NCBI GenBank assembly: GCA_965217895.1
Contig: CBDCJV010000002.1
Span: 832,001 to 896,000 of the forward strand
Direction: 5' to 3'
Length of the DNA stretch: 64,000 nt
Origin: Waterburya sp.
GTDB lineage: Bacteria > Cyanobacteriota > Cyanobacteriia > Cyanobacteriales > Xenococcaceae
The stretch's first letter is position 1. Every line of letters begins with the position of its first letter. Below, piece by piece: positions 51,482-61,155 of this stretch. The translations under genes and the position numbers were made by a program. A model generated the notes under the pieces. The model had not been told where the DNA came from. It was given only the letters and a program-made list of their open reading frames with translations, and made no database searches.

Positions 51482-52612
51482 ATGGATATAGTTGATTTTT
51501 TAAATGTATCAATTCACAACATCACTACTGCTGAGTTGTTGCAAGATTTGAACATTAATGGTGGGGTTGTGGTGACTCCAAATGTCGATCATTTAGTTAA
51601 AATACAAAGCGATCGCGAATTGCTCAAGGCTTATTATCATGCAGATTATCGAGTTTGTGATAGCAAAGTTCTGCAATATATTTCTTTGTTATTAGGTAGT
51701 CCAATCAAAGAAAAAATTTCGGGTTCTGATTTATTTCCCGCCTTTTATGAATACAACAAAGATAACGAAGATGTTCGCATATTTCTTTTAGGTGCCAAAG
51801 AAGGAATTGCTCAACAAGCATTAGTTAATATTAATCAAAAAGTGGGCAGAGAAATAGTAGTAGCTGCTCATTCTCCTTCTTTCGGCTTTGAACAAGATGA
51901 ACAAGAATGCCAGGCTATTATTGAACTCATAAATCATTCTGATGCTACGGTTTTAGCCGTGGGAGTTGGCGCACCCAAACAAGAAAAATGGATTGCTAAG
52001 TACCGAGATCGATTACCAAAAATAAAAATATTTCTGGCTATTGGCGCAACCATTGACTTTGAAGCGGGAAATGTTAAGCGATCGCCTAAAATAATGAGCG
52101 AGATGGGCTTAGAATGGTTATATCGTCTTTCTAGCGAACCTAATCGCCTCTGGAAAAGATATTTAATTGATAGCCTACCTTTATTTTATTTAGTAGGAAA
52201 ACAACGATTTCATCAATATAGATTTTCGCCTCAATTACAAACAGAAAATTTGCCTTTAGGAGAACTTTTACTTCAGGCGGGTTTGTTATCCCCCCAAAAT
52301 ATTAGACAGACTCTAAAACTTCAACAACAATACGCAGATTATCGTTTTGGCGAAATTTTAATTCAAGAAGGTTATCTTCCTTCAAAAACAGTTGGCTTTT
52401 TTGTGAATGAGCTACCAACGCTAGTTCACTCCCATGATAAGCTACGTTTGGGAGACTATTTAAACAATGCAGGACTTCTTTTGCCCGAACAAATCAGCGA
52501 TACTTTGCAGCAGCAATCTTTAACACATCGCAAATTTGGCGAAATCATCACTCAAAAAGGCTGGGTTAATCCCCGAACTCTTGATTGGTTTGTCAATTTA
52601 CAGCATGGGTAA
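51482..52612 (+). CDS. WecB/TagA/CpsF glycosyltransferase with C-terminal MshEN-like repeats
   Basis: VTPNVDH, SGSDL, GVGAPKQE, GLEWLYRL..EP.RLWKRY; four (R/K/P)(L/F)G...G(L/Y/W)(L/V) repeats. Confidence 0.88.
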   Translation: MDIVDFLNVSIHNITTAELLQDLNINGGVVVTPNVDHLVKIQSDRELLKAYYHADYRVCDSKVLQYISLLLGSPIKEKISGSDLFPAFYEYNKDNEDVRIFLLGAKEGIAQQALVNINQKVGREIVVAAHSPSFGFEQDEQECQAIIELINHSDATVLAVGVGAPKQEKWIAKYRDRLPKIKIFLAIGATIDFEAGNVKRSPKIMSEMGLEWLYRLSSEPNRLWKRYLIDSLPLFYLVGKQRFHQYRFSPQLQTENLPLGELLLQAGLLSPQNIRQTLKLQQQYADYRFGEILIQEGYLPSKTVGFFVNELPTLVHSHDKLRLGDYLNNAGLLLPEQISDTLQQQSLTHRKFGEIITQKGWVNPRTLDWFVNLQHG

Positions 52613-52834
52613 ATAAAGTGCTTCGCCCTAGCTATAAGCCGCAAGCTAAGAGGGTTTCGTAATCCCCATCAAAATTAAGGTTTTGAAGAGTAAGTAGTTG
52701 GTAGTTTGTCGTAGGTAGTTTCCCGACTAATAACTACTTACTTAAAAAGCTTACAGCTATTGAACTAAAACCTAGATTAAATTTATGCAGCCAATAGATA
52801 TAATACAAGCAATTATTCAACATCTATTCAGATT

Positions 52835-53197
52835 TTAACTATTCATTATTTGACAATAATTAATTAATTTAGCAACTCGCTCTTTGATACTTTGTAATCG
52901 TTTATCAAGAGTAGAGCTTTGGCGTGCAGAAGCCAAAAACAAAATATCTGTAGCTAATAACTTAAATTCGCGCTTGATTTCGGTTTGTACCGACTGCCAT
53001 CTCAGAATAACATCTTGTTCTAAATTTTCACCCTCAAGCTCGGCAATATTCCTATCAAACCATGGCTGTAAATGCTGAAACTGCTGTTTTATCTGCAATT
53101 GGTTAACCTCTTCTTCAGAATTAATTAAGAAGCCGTTGAACTTTGTTAACAAATTCGAGAAATCCTGATATGCTCGATGATGTGATGCAGGCAACAT
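52835..53197 (-). CDS. patD: PatD-family protein
   Basis: RWQSVQTEIKREFKLLATDILFLASARQ pattern; start MLPASH at 53197. Confidence 0.7.
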   Translation of the reverse strand: MLPASHHRAYQDFSNLLTKFNGFLINSEEEVNQLQIKQQFQHLQPWFDRNIAELEGENLEQDVILRWQSVQTEIKREFKLLATDILFLASARQSSTLDKRLQSIKERVAKLINYCQIMNS

Positions 53198-53516
53198 TAT
53201 TAGCTTTATAATTTTAAGATAAGGTAAAATTCTAATAAGTGGGCTTGACTTTTTAGTTGGTTTAACATCTGAAAAATATCCTACCAATATAGATATTTAC
53301 CTTTTAAGAAATACACTTAATTTTATATCTCAGTAACAAAAAAGGTAGCAAGCTTAGTCCATACTTTAGTTTAGCTTTAAGCGTATGGCTGTTATTTAAG
53401 CTACCCAAATCAGATTTTAAAATGTTTTTTTAAAATGTTTCGGCAAAAATAGCATAAATCAAAGGTTTTCTCACTTTATCTCGTCCTTACACACTTAACT
53501 TATAATCTTAAAATCT

Positions 53517-55769
53517 ATGACCGCTATTTCTATCTCTATCATAGAAAGCAAATCTAACAAAGTTGAGCTTCCTCGCTGGTTAGAAGAATGTTTGCTCAAT
53601 CAGCATTCAGACCACTCAGAGCCAGATGCGACTTTAATTTGCCGTGCATTTAATTTCGCTTATGAGTTACATGAAGGACAGCTTCGTAAATCGGGAGAGC
53701 CTTATATTGCCCATCCCATAGCAGTAGCTAGTCTGTTGCGAAATTTGGGCGGAGATAGTGTAACTATTGCTGCGGGTTTCCTTCATGACGTGGTAGAAGA
53801 CACTGAAGTAACCCCAGAAGAAATTGAAGAAATGTTTGGGGGACAAGTAAGGCAGCTAGTTGAAGGAGTAACCAAGCTATCTAAATTTAACTTTTCTAGC
53901 ACCACTGAACGTCAGGCTGAAAACTTTCGACGAATGTTTTTGGCAATGGCAACGGATATCCGCGTCATTGTAGTCAAACTAGCAGACAGACTGCATAACA
54001 TGAGGACTCTAGATCATCTAAAACCTGAAAAACAACGACGCATCAGCCAAGAAACCAGAGAAATTTTTGCTCCTTTGGCAAATAGATTAGGTATTGGTCG
54101 CTTTAAGTGGGAACTAGAAGATTTATGCTTTAAATACCTAGAACCAGATGACTATAATCAAATTAAGGCGTTAATTGCCGAAAGAAGAACCGATCGCGAA
54201 GCGAGAGTTACTCAAGTTACGGAGACATTGCGATCGCGCTTAGAGCAGTTAAAAGTCAATGTGGTAGAGCTAAAGGGGCGACCCAAACATCTTTACGGCA
54301 TTTATCAAAAAATGCAGCGACAGCAAAAGGAATTTAGTCAGATCTATGACATTGCTGCCTTTAGAATTATTGTGGAAACCAACGAGGAATGTTACCGCGC
54401 CTTGGCGGTAGTTCACGATGCTTTCAAACCCATCCCAGGACGTTTTAAAGACTATATTGGATTACCCAAACCTAATCGTTATCAGTCTTTACATACTACT
54501 GTAGTTGGCTTAAATGGTCGTCCGATTGAGATCCAAATTCGCACCCTAGAAATGCACCAAATAGCCGAATACGGGATCGCAGCTCACTGGAAATACAAAG
54601 AGACAGGCACAAGCAACCCAGAGCTATCTTCTGAGGATACCAAATTTACTTGGCTGCGCCAGCTATTAGAATGGCAAAAAGATCTTAATGACGCTCAGGA
54701 ATACATGGAGAGCGTCAAAGATAATCTATTTGAAGATGATGTTTATGTCTTTACTCCCGATGGCGATGTAGTCTCTCTCGCTCAAGGAGCAACTCCTGTT
54801 GATTTCGCCTATCGCATTCATAGCGAAATTGGCAATCATATGAAGGGAGCGAGGGTTAACGGTCGCTGGTCGATGCTCTCAAAACCCCTAGAAAACGGCG
54901 ATATTGTCGAGATTGTTACTCAGAAAAACAGCCGTCCTAGTTTAGACTGGCTCAACTTTGTTGTCTCCCCAACAGCTCGTAACCGTATCCGTCAATGGTA
55001 CAAGCGATCTCACCGTGATGAAAACATCATCAGAGGTAGAGATTTATTAGAAAAAGAAATGGGCAAAAGTGGTTTTGATGCTTTGCTCAAGTCTGAGACA
55101 ATGCAAACTGTAGCACAACGCTGTAACTATCATTCTGTAGAAGACTTACTTGCGGCTTTAGGATATGGCGAAATTACTCAAAACCATGTAGTTAACCGCT
55201 GGCGAGATGTTGTCAAAGAGCAGCAGCCCATAGAAGAGGCAGAAATTATCACCGAAGAAGAGGTGGAGATTTCTAACTACACATCAAACAATGTTACAAG
55301 CAAAGGAAAATCTCCAATCATTGGCGTAGAGGGAATGCTTTATCATATCGCGGGATGTTGTAAACCTTTGCCAGGAGAATCGATTATTGGCGCAGTAACT
55401 TTAAGCTCTAGAGGCATTTCAATTCACACTCAGGGTTGTCATAACGTCAAAAAAGTTCCAGGAGAGCGGATTATTCCTGTTGATTGGAATACTCAAGGAG
55501 AGCCAGGAAAGCCTTTTACCTACCCTGTAGATATTCAAATTGAGGCAATGGATCGAGTGGGAGTTTTAAAGGATATTTTAGCCCGTCTAAGCGATCGCGG
55601 TATTAATGTGCGTAATGCAGGGGTGAAAACTGGTCGCAACAAGCCTGCCTTAATTTCTTTGAGTTTGGATATCAGGGATCGCCAGCAGCTAGAGTATATT
55701 TTCCAGGGCATTAAAAGTATGAGCGATACTTTACACATTCGTCGCGTAATTGATTCAGGCGATCGCTAA
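53517..55769 (+). CDS. relA: Bifunctional (p)ppGpp synthetase/hydrolase (RelA/SpoT homolog)
   Basis: HD motif LHDVVEDT, KLADRLHNMRT, YQSLHT, TGS (DFAYRIHSE) and ACT domains. Confidence 0.96.
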   Translation: MTAISISIIESKSNKVELPRWLEECLLNQHSDHSEPDATLICRAFNFAYELHEGQLRKSGEPYIAHPIAVASLLRNLGGDSVTIAAGFLHDVVEDTEVTPEEIEEMFGGQVRQLVEGVTKLSKFNFSSTTERQAENFRRMFLAMATDIRVIVVKLADRLHNMRTLDHLKPEKQRRISQETREIFAPLANRLGIGRFKWELEDLCFKYLEPDDYNQIKALIAERRTDREARVTQVTETLRSRLEQLKVNVVELKGRPKHLYGIYQKMQRQQKEFSQIYDIAAFRIIVETNEECYRALAVVHDAFKPIPGRFKDYIGLPKPNRYQSLHTTVVGLNGRPIEIQIRTLEMHQIAEYGIAAHWKYKETGTSNPELSSEDTKFTWLRQLLEWQKDLNDAQEYMESVKDNLFEDDVYVFTPDGDVVSLAQGATPVDFAYRIHSEIGNHMKGARVNGRWSMLSKPLENGDIVEIVTQKNSRPSLDWLNFVVSPTARNRIRQWYKRSHRDENIIRGRDLLEKEMGKSGFDALLKSETMQTVAQRCNYHSVEDLLAALGYGEITQNHVVNRWRDVVKEQQPIEEAEIITEEEVEISNYTSNNVTSKGKSPIIGVEGMLYHIAGCCKPLPGESIIGAVTLSSRGISIHTQGCHNVKKVPGERIIPVDWNTQGEPGKPFTYPVDIQIEAMDRVGVLKDILARLSDRGINVRNAGVKTGRNKPALISLSLDIRDRQQLEYIFQGIKSMSDTLHIRRVIDSGDR

Positions 55770-55787
55770 ATGGTATATGGCACTTGT

Positions 55788-55919
55788 TTATAGCCAGCCT
55801 AGGTAATTGCCAATCATCAGCCCCAGACCGACCCCTGCCAAAGCACTAAAAGCAGTTGGCAGAAAAGACCAATTGTTGTGGTTATATAAACGAGTCTGGT
55901 ATTTGTGGTTAGTAATCAT
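55788..55919 (-). CDS. Putative 43-aa membrane microprotein (not in the ORF track)
   Basis: MITNHKYQTRLYNHNNWSFLPTAFSALAGVGLGLMIGNYLGWL; one hydrophobic Gly-rich helix. Confidence 0.45.
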   Translation of the reverse strand: MITNHKYQTRLYNHNNWSFLPTAFSALAGVGLGLMIGNYLGWL

Positions 55920-56029
55920 GTTAATAAACTCTTTTTAGTTCAACTGATTACATCCTAAATATGCTCGACACTAGATAGTGTGATCTACTGCATACTAGTA
56001 GAGAGATTGTCCTCACATTTTAGTTTATT

Positions 56030-56126
56030 CATAAGTTTGTCGTTTATCTCAAAAAAACTACAAACTACATACTACCTACTACTAACTTCTTAACAGTTAA
56101 ATAACCTAACCCAACAGGATTTAGTC
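56030..56126 (-). repeat. Dispersed repeat, homologous to 35343-35420
   Basis: The reverse complement begins ctaaatcctgttgggttaggttattt. Confidence 0.65.
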
Positions 56127-56144
56127 TCAGTAATTTTATACTTG

Positions 56145-56206
56145 TTGACAATATTTTTCATTAAATGTATTCTGAAAAGTCTGAATACTAATAAGAACTA
56201 TTATCA
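56145..56206 (+). promoter_or_regulatory. Sigma70-type promoter overlapped by Fur/Zur-like boxes
   Basis: TTGACA (56145) - 17 bp - TATTCT (56168); tgacaatatttttca (56146-56160) and taagaactattatca (56192-56206) each match 11/14 positions of TGATAATnATTATCA. Confidence 0.6.
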
Positions 56207-56208
56207 AT

Positions 56209-56931
56209 ATGAAATCCGTAAAATTATTTTTAGCACTTAGTTTAGCTACTAGTGTTGGTCTATCTGGCACGGCAATAGTTAATGCTGATGAATCGAGAGA
56301 AGTAAGCACTTTCCTGATGGCAGAAGGTGGCGAAGGCGGGGAAGGTGAGACAGAACTTAGTCCTGGAGAACAGGCAAACGAAGATTTTCAGGACAAAATG
56401 AGTAGTGAAGAACTATTGAGTGAGCTACAAAATGGTGGTTATGTAATCTATTTCCGACACGCCCAAACAGAAACAGATTACGCCGATCAAATTAAAGCAG
56501 ATGTCAATGACTGTGCGACTCAACGAGTTCTTAGTGAAGAAGGTTGGCAACAAGCAATATTAATTGGCGATACTTTTGACGCTGCCGAAATACCTATTGG
56601 AAAAGTAACTACCAGCGAATATTGTCGTGCTTGGGAAACCGCTAGTTTAGCTTTTGGTCAATACCAGAAAGATTCTGCACTTAACTTTCTGCCTTTTGAA
56701 GACTACACCGATGAACAAGTAGAGCAAATGAAAGCTAATGTCACTCCTTTTCTAACTGCTGTACCTGAAACTGGAACTAATAATATCATCGTCGGACACG
56801 ATGACATATTTGAGGCAGCAACAGGCATTTATCCCGATCCTCAAGGAATGGCTTATGTGCTTAAACCAGATGGTGACGGTGGTTTTGAGGTTATTGCCAA
56901 TATGCTCCCTGAAGAGTGGGCAGAATTGTAA
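56209..56931 (+). CDS. Secreted histidine-phosphatase (PGM-like) family protein with an EGGEGGEG motif
   Basis: Signal peptide; YFRHAQT (RH motif), TSEYCRAWET, IVGHD. Confidence 0.8.
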   Translation: MKSVKLFLALSLATSVGLSGTAIVNADESREVSTFLMAEGGEGGEGETELSPGEQANEDFQDKMSSEELLSELQNGGYVIYFRHAQTETDYADQIKADVNDCATQRVLSEEGWQQAILIGDTFDAAEIPIGKVTTSEYCRAWETASLAFGQYQKDSALNFLPFEDYTDEQVEQMKANVTPFLTAVPETGTNNIIVGHDDIFEAATGIYPDPQGMAYVLKPDGDGGFEVIANMLPEEWAEL

Positions 56932-56960
56932 TAAGCTAGAAAACGTCGATCCCAGCGCAG

Positions 56961-56996
56961 CAGCTTCAGAAAAGGCGATCGCCTTTTCTGAAGCTG
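56961..56996. repeat. Perfect 36-bp palindrome centred on HIP1
   Basis: cagcttcagaaaaggcgatcgccttttctgaagctg is its own reverse complement. Confidence 0.95.
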
Positions 56997-57071
56997 AAAA
57001 TAGACTGGGCATTGCTCAGTAACGAGAATCAGAATCATTAGCGTAATTTTATTTAGTGTGTGAGGATAATC

Positions 57072-58733
57072 ATGAAGAATATTTTGGTCAAAACCGCTCC
57101 TATTATTTTTGCGGCATTAGTTACAGGGATTTATGGCAATCCTGCCCAAGCCGAAACAAACGAGCTTATCGATCAGATCGAAAAATACGACCAAGAAGGC
57201 AAAGGCAATGGTATGGGGCAGGTAACTAACGTCAATCAGCTACGGGATGTATCGCCTACAGACTGGGCTTATGAAGCCTTAAGAAGTTTGGTAGATCGTT
57301 ATGGTTGCATTGCTGGCTATCCCAACCAAACCTATCGGGGCAACCAATCCCTAACTCGTTATGAGTTTGCTGCGGGCTTAAACTCCTGTTTAAATCAAAT
57401 TGAACGCCTAATTGCTTCTCAGGGATCTGTAAGTCAAGAAGATATTGATACCATTAATCGTCTATCTCAGGAATTTGAGGCAGAGTTAGCAACTTTAGGT
57501 GGCAGAGTTGATGAAATCGAGAGTCGTACAGCAGTATTAGAAGACAATCAGTTTTCTGCTACTACTAAGTTAGAGGGAGAAGTAGTATTTGGTCTTGCTA
57601 GCGTAGTAGCAGGTTCTAATCAAGAACTTATCGCCACAACTGGTGATGATAAAATTGATCGAGTACCTGTATTTGGTTATCGTACCCGTTTAGAGTTAAA
57701 TAGCAGCTTTACTGGTGAAGATTTACTGTTTACTCGTTTATCTACGGGCAATTTTCCTGAGTTGTCCGATACCACAGGCACATTTGAGGGAGAATTAGCT
57801 TTTGCCCAACCTGATGATAATAATTTAGCTTTAGAAGTTCTATTTTACGATCGCCCGATTGGCAAAAATACTAATGTCCTAATTGGTGCGACAGGACTAA
57901 AAGCTGATGATATTGCTGATACCGTAAGTGTTCTCGATGGTGATGGGGCTTCGGGGGCAATTTCTGCCTTTGGTACTCGTAGCCCTATTTATTATCCTCC
58001 TGGAGAAACAGGCTTGGGTATCATTCATCGCTTTGGCGAGAAACTGGAGTTGAGCGCGGGTTATCTAGCAGGGGAAGCCAGCGATCCTGCTAATGGTAGT
58101 GGTTTATTTAATGGTTCATATAGTGCTTTGGGACAACTAACTATTACTCCTATTGAAAAGTTAAAAATTGCTCTAACCTACGTTAATGGTTATGACCAGA
58201 GCGATACTGGGGTAGGTAGCGATTTAGCCAACATTAAATCTTTAACCGCAGCAGGTGACGATGCCGATCCTCTTCAACCTGGAGTTTTTGAGGGTGGAGT
58301 GCCTACATCTAGCAATTCCTATGGCGCACAGTTTTCTTTTGCCTTGAGCGATCGCCTTGTGATTGGTGGTTGGGGTGGTTTAAGTAAAGTCAGGACTCTT
58401 GAGAGCTTTGTTGTCGATGGGCAAACTATAGAGCGAGGTAGTCAAGACATTTGGAACTGGGCAGCTACTTTAGCCTTTCCAGACTTGCTTAAAGAAGGCA
58501 GTATGGGCGGTATCATTGTTGGTATGGAACCCTGGGTAGCTAGTTCTACTATTAATGCCGATGGATTTGGTGAAGATGCCGAACAGTCCCTTCATGTCGA
58601 AGCTTTTTATCAGTATCAGCTAAGTGACAACATTGGCATAACTCCTGGTGTAATTTACGTCAACAAACCTGATAACAACGATAATAATGACGATTTAGTT
58701 ATTACTACCCTGCGGACTACCTTTACCTTTTAA
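57072..58733 (+). CDS. Cyanobacterial SLH/OprB-type outer membrane porin ('iron uptake porin' family)
   Basis: VTNVNQLRDVSPTDWAYEALRSLVDRYGCIAGYP; C-terminal LRTTFTF. Confidence 0.93.
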   Translation: MKNILVKTAPIIFAALVTGIYGNPAQAETNELIDQIEKYDQEGKGNGMGQVTNVNQLRDVSPTDWAYEALRSLVDRYGCIAGYPNQTYRGNQSLTRYEFAAGLNSCLNQIERLIASQGSVSQEDIDTINRLSQEFEAELATLGGRVDEIESRTAVLEDNQFSATTKLEGEVVFGLASVVAGSNQELIATTGDDKIDRVPVFGYRTRLELNSSFTGEDLLFTRLSTGNFPELSDTTGTFEGELAFAQPDDNNLALEVLFYDRPIGKNTNVLIGATGLKADDIADTVSVLDGDGASGAISAFGTRSPIYYPPGETGLGIIHRFGEKLELSAGYLAGEASDPANGSGLFNGSYSALGQLTITPIEKLKIALTYVNGYDQSDTGVGSDLANIKSLTAAGDDADPLQPGVFEGGVPTSSNSYGAQFSFALSDRLVIGGWGGLSKVRTLESFVVDGQTIERGSQDIWNWAATLAFPDLLKEGSMGGIIVGMEPWVASSTINADGFGEDAEQSLHVEAFYQYQLSDNIGITPGVIYVNKPDNNDNNDDLVITTLRTTFTF

Positions 58734-58942
58734 ATTCTCAACGGCTCGATATATTTCAGCAGTTTTCAACAGCGTGGTTGGATATGCCGACGCAGGTTCG
58801 GCATCCCCCACGCTCAATTGGGTAGACTATGGTCATTCCAATTAATTTCCTTATGGTAGTTTTGTATTGATTGTAAGGTTAAATATTATTTGCTACTTGC
58901 TACTTGCTACTTTTTTCAAAGATAATCTGGTTGCTATTTAAA

Positions 58943-59100
58943 ACGACTATACGTTCGGGATTAACTGATTTTTAGCTATTAGCTTCTTAATAAGCTCAAC
59001 AGGGCAAACCCCCGCAACGGTTTTGCCTCGCTACGCAGGTACTTTACTTAATTAAAGCTAAAAGCTAATGGCTAAAAGCTAAAAGCTAACGTAAAGTCGT
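58943..59100. mobile_element. MITE-like element containing gctaaaa heptamer repeats
   Basis: TIRs acgactatacgtt and aacgtaaagtcgt; inner hairpin gggcaaacc...ggttttgcct. Confidence 0.55.
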
Positions 59101-59254
59101 CCTAGAATGGACTTGCGCTTTAAACCCAGAACGACGGTAATTGCTATCAAAAAAGCCGAAAAATTTTAGCCTATGTTAGAAACCGTACATATATAAAATA
59201 TGAAACCGTTAACAATGAAATTAAATAGAACAACTCAAGCTAGCTATTATCAAA

Positions 59255-59665
59255 ATGGTTACTAAACGGCTCTTAATTATTGACGATAACGAAGATAATA
59301 GGATACTAGTTCAATTGGCTCTCGAAATGAACTCTGATTGGGAAGTGTTAACAGCGATCGATGGAGTAGAAGGCATTACCAAAGCAGAGTCAGAACGACC
59401 TGATATTATTCTGTTAGATTTTATTATGCCAGATTTAGATGGATTAACTGTTTGTGAGATTTTGAAGTCTAATTTATTTACCTGTTCGATTCCCGTCATT
59501 TTTATGACAGCTATAACTCAAGCTAAGGTACTTTCTCAATTAGAAACTACTTTGGCTGAGGGCATAATCATTAAGCCTTTCGATATTACCAGCCTAAATT
59601 CCCAAATTATGCAAATATGTAATTTTGAAAGAGGGTGGAGTTTGAGCAAAATAGGGTTCAATTGA
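59255..59665 (+). CDS. Single-domain response regulator
   Basis: LIIDDN, ILLDFIMPDLDG, KPF. Confidence 0.9.
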   Translation: MVTKRLLIIDDNEDNRILVQLALEMNSDWEVLTAIDGVEGITKAESERPDIILLDFIMPDLDGLTVCEILKSNLFTCSIPVIFMTAITQAKVLSQLETTLAEGIIIKPFDITSLNSQIMQICNFERGWSLSKIGFN

Positions 59666-59859
59666 CTTAAAATAAGCGAATCATAGGCTTTTGCTTTTCT
59701 AATCTATAGAATGCTCAAGTTTAGTTGAAGCTGGTGTCATAAACATTTTATGATCTTTCAGCTTGTTTAAAAAATTAACGGCATGAGATTGAAAAATTTG
59801 TTTTTCTCCTTGTACTGTTGGCTTTTTTCAGAAGCAGTATAATCAAGAGGAGATTTGCA

Positions 59860-60567
59860 ATGTTTCGCGATCGCTCGAGTTCAGCTAATCGTCTCCTTGC
59901 AGCTTTGCCAGAGGTTGAATATCAACGTTTAGAGCCTCACTTAACCTCTGTCTCTCTTCCCATAGGAAAGGTTTTCTACGAAGCTTCAGAAAGGATTGAA
60001 ACCGTTTATTTTCCTAAGAAGGCACTAATTTCTTTGGTTTCTACTTTAAGCAACGGTTCGACTACTGAAATTAGTTTGGTTGGCGGCACGGGAATGATAG
60101 GACTGCCAGTTATTTTTGGCAACAACTATAGTCATAGTCGCGCCATAGTCCAAATGGCAGATGGTGCTATGAAAATTTCTGCCCTGGTTTTAAAACGGGA
60201 GTTTGATCGCGGCGGAGAATTGCAAAAGCGTTTGCTTATATATGCCGACACTAGACTAAAAGAGGTTGCTCAACTAGCAGTTTGTAATCGCCATCACACA
60301 ATTGAAGAAAGGCTTGCTCGTTGGCTACTGACTGTTCGAGATTTAACTCAATCCAATGAGCTACCGCTGACTCAGGAATTTATTGGTGATATGCTTGGGG
60401 TTCGTCGTTCTGGGGTGACTATAGCAGCAGGAACTTTACAAAAGGCAGGATTGATTCGTTACTCCCGTGGCACAATTAATATCCTGGATAACCAAGCTTT
60501 AGAAGACTCTGCCTGCGAGTGTTATCAGCTTTTTCACGATAACTTTTATCGGCAAGAAGAAAGTTAA
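59860..60567 (+). CDS. Crp/Fnr-family transcriptional regulator
   Basis: NRLLAALP, RHHTIEERLARWLL, LTQEFIGDMLGVRRSGVT HTH. Confidence 0.92.
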   Translation: MFRDRSSSANRLLAALPEVEYQRLEPHLTSVSLPIGKVFYEASERIETVYFPKKALISLVSTLSNGSTTEISLVGGTGMIGLPVIFGNNYSHSRAIVQMADGAMKISALVLKREFDRGGELQKRLLIYADTRLKEVAQLAVCNRHHTIEERLARWLLTVRDLTQSNELPLTQEFIGDMLGVRRSGVTIAAGTLQKAGLIRYSRGTINILDNQALEDSACECYQLFHDNFYRQEES

Positions 60568-60692
60568 AACATAAAGCTTTTTTACCTTTAAAAGCTATAA
60601 GCTTTTGAAATACGCCTAATGTGAATCAAAAAAGGTTTATTCTATTCTTTCTTTATATTCTGAGATTTTATCTGTACAAACCATATTCAATC

Positions 60693-60752
60693 CTGGGGGA
60701 ACTTTCCCCCAGACCCCCTGTTGGAGACGTTACGCCGTCCCCAAACCCCTCA
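60693..60752. repeat. GC-rich REP-like hairpin
   Basis: ctgggggaactttcccccag followed by accccc. Confidence 0.5.
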
Positions 60753-61155
60753 CGTAAACATTAACCTTGATTTTTTTTCCAATTAACTACAGTCTCATTA
60801 TTCACATAAACGTTTAAATTTGCCTAAGTTTAATTTGAAGAGAAAATCTCTCTCTTCACTGATGCATTAAAGTTTTTAATGAGATAAGAGAGAACAGGTT
60901 GATTCACATCAGACGTGAAATATTTTCGATTAAACTACACTACGAAAGAACAGCGAACAATGCTATTTTTCAAATGCTTTTGTCACAAAGGTTTCTGCTT
61001 ATCCCGAACTCAGCTTGCTTTAGGCTCTAAGCTCTTGAGTTTAATGCCCCCGACAAACCACGTTTGGTGGTTCATAATTAAGAGAAGATTAAAGCTTCTT
61101 CGGTCTTATGCTTATAACTTGTGGCTTATAGCTTATAGCTTATAGCTTTGCTCGT

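Noticed and set aside
60915..61145. 76-aa ORF and an IS982-like end (ttatcccgaactcag near 61000)
   Set aside because: The ORF runs through gcttata heptamer repeats; only one possible IS end is seen, with no partner or transposase
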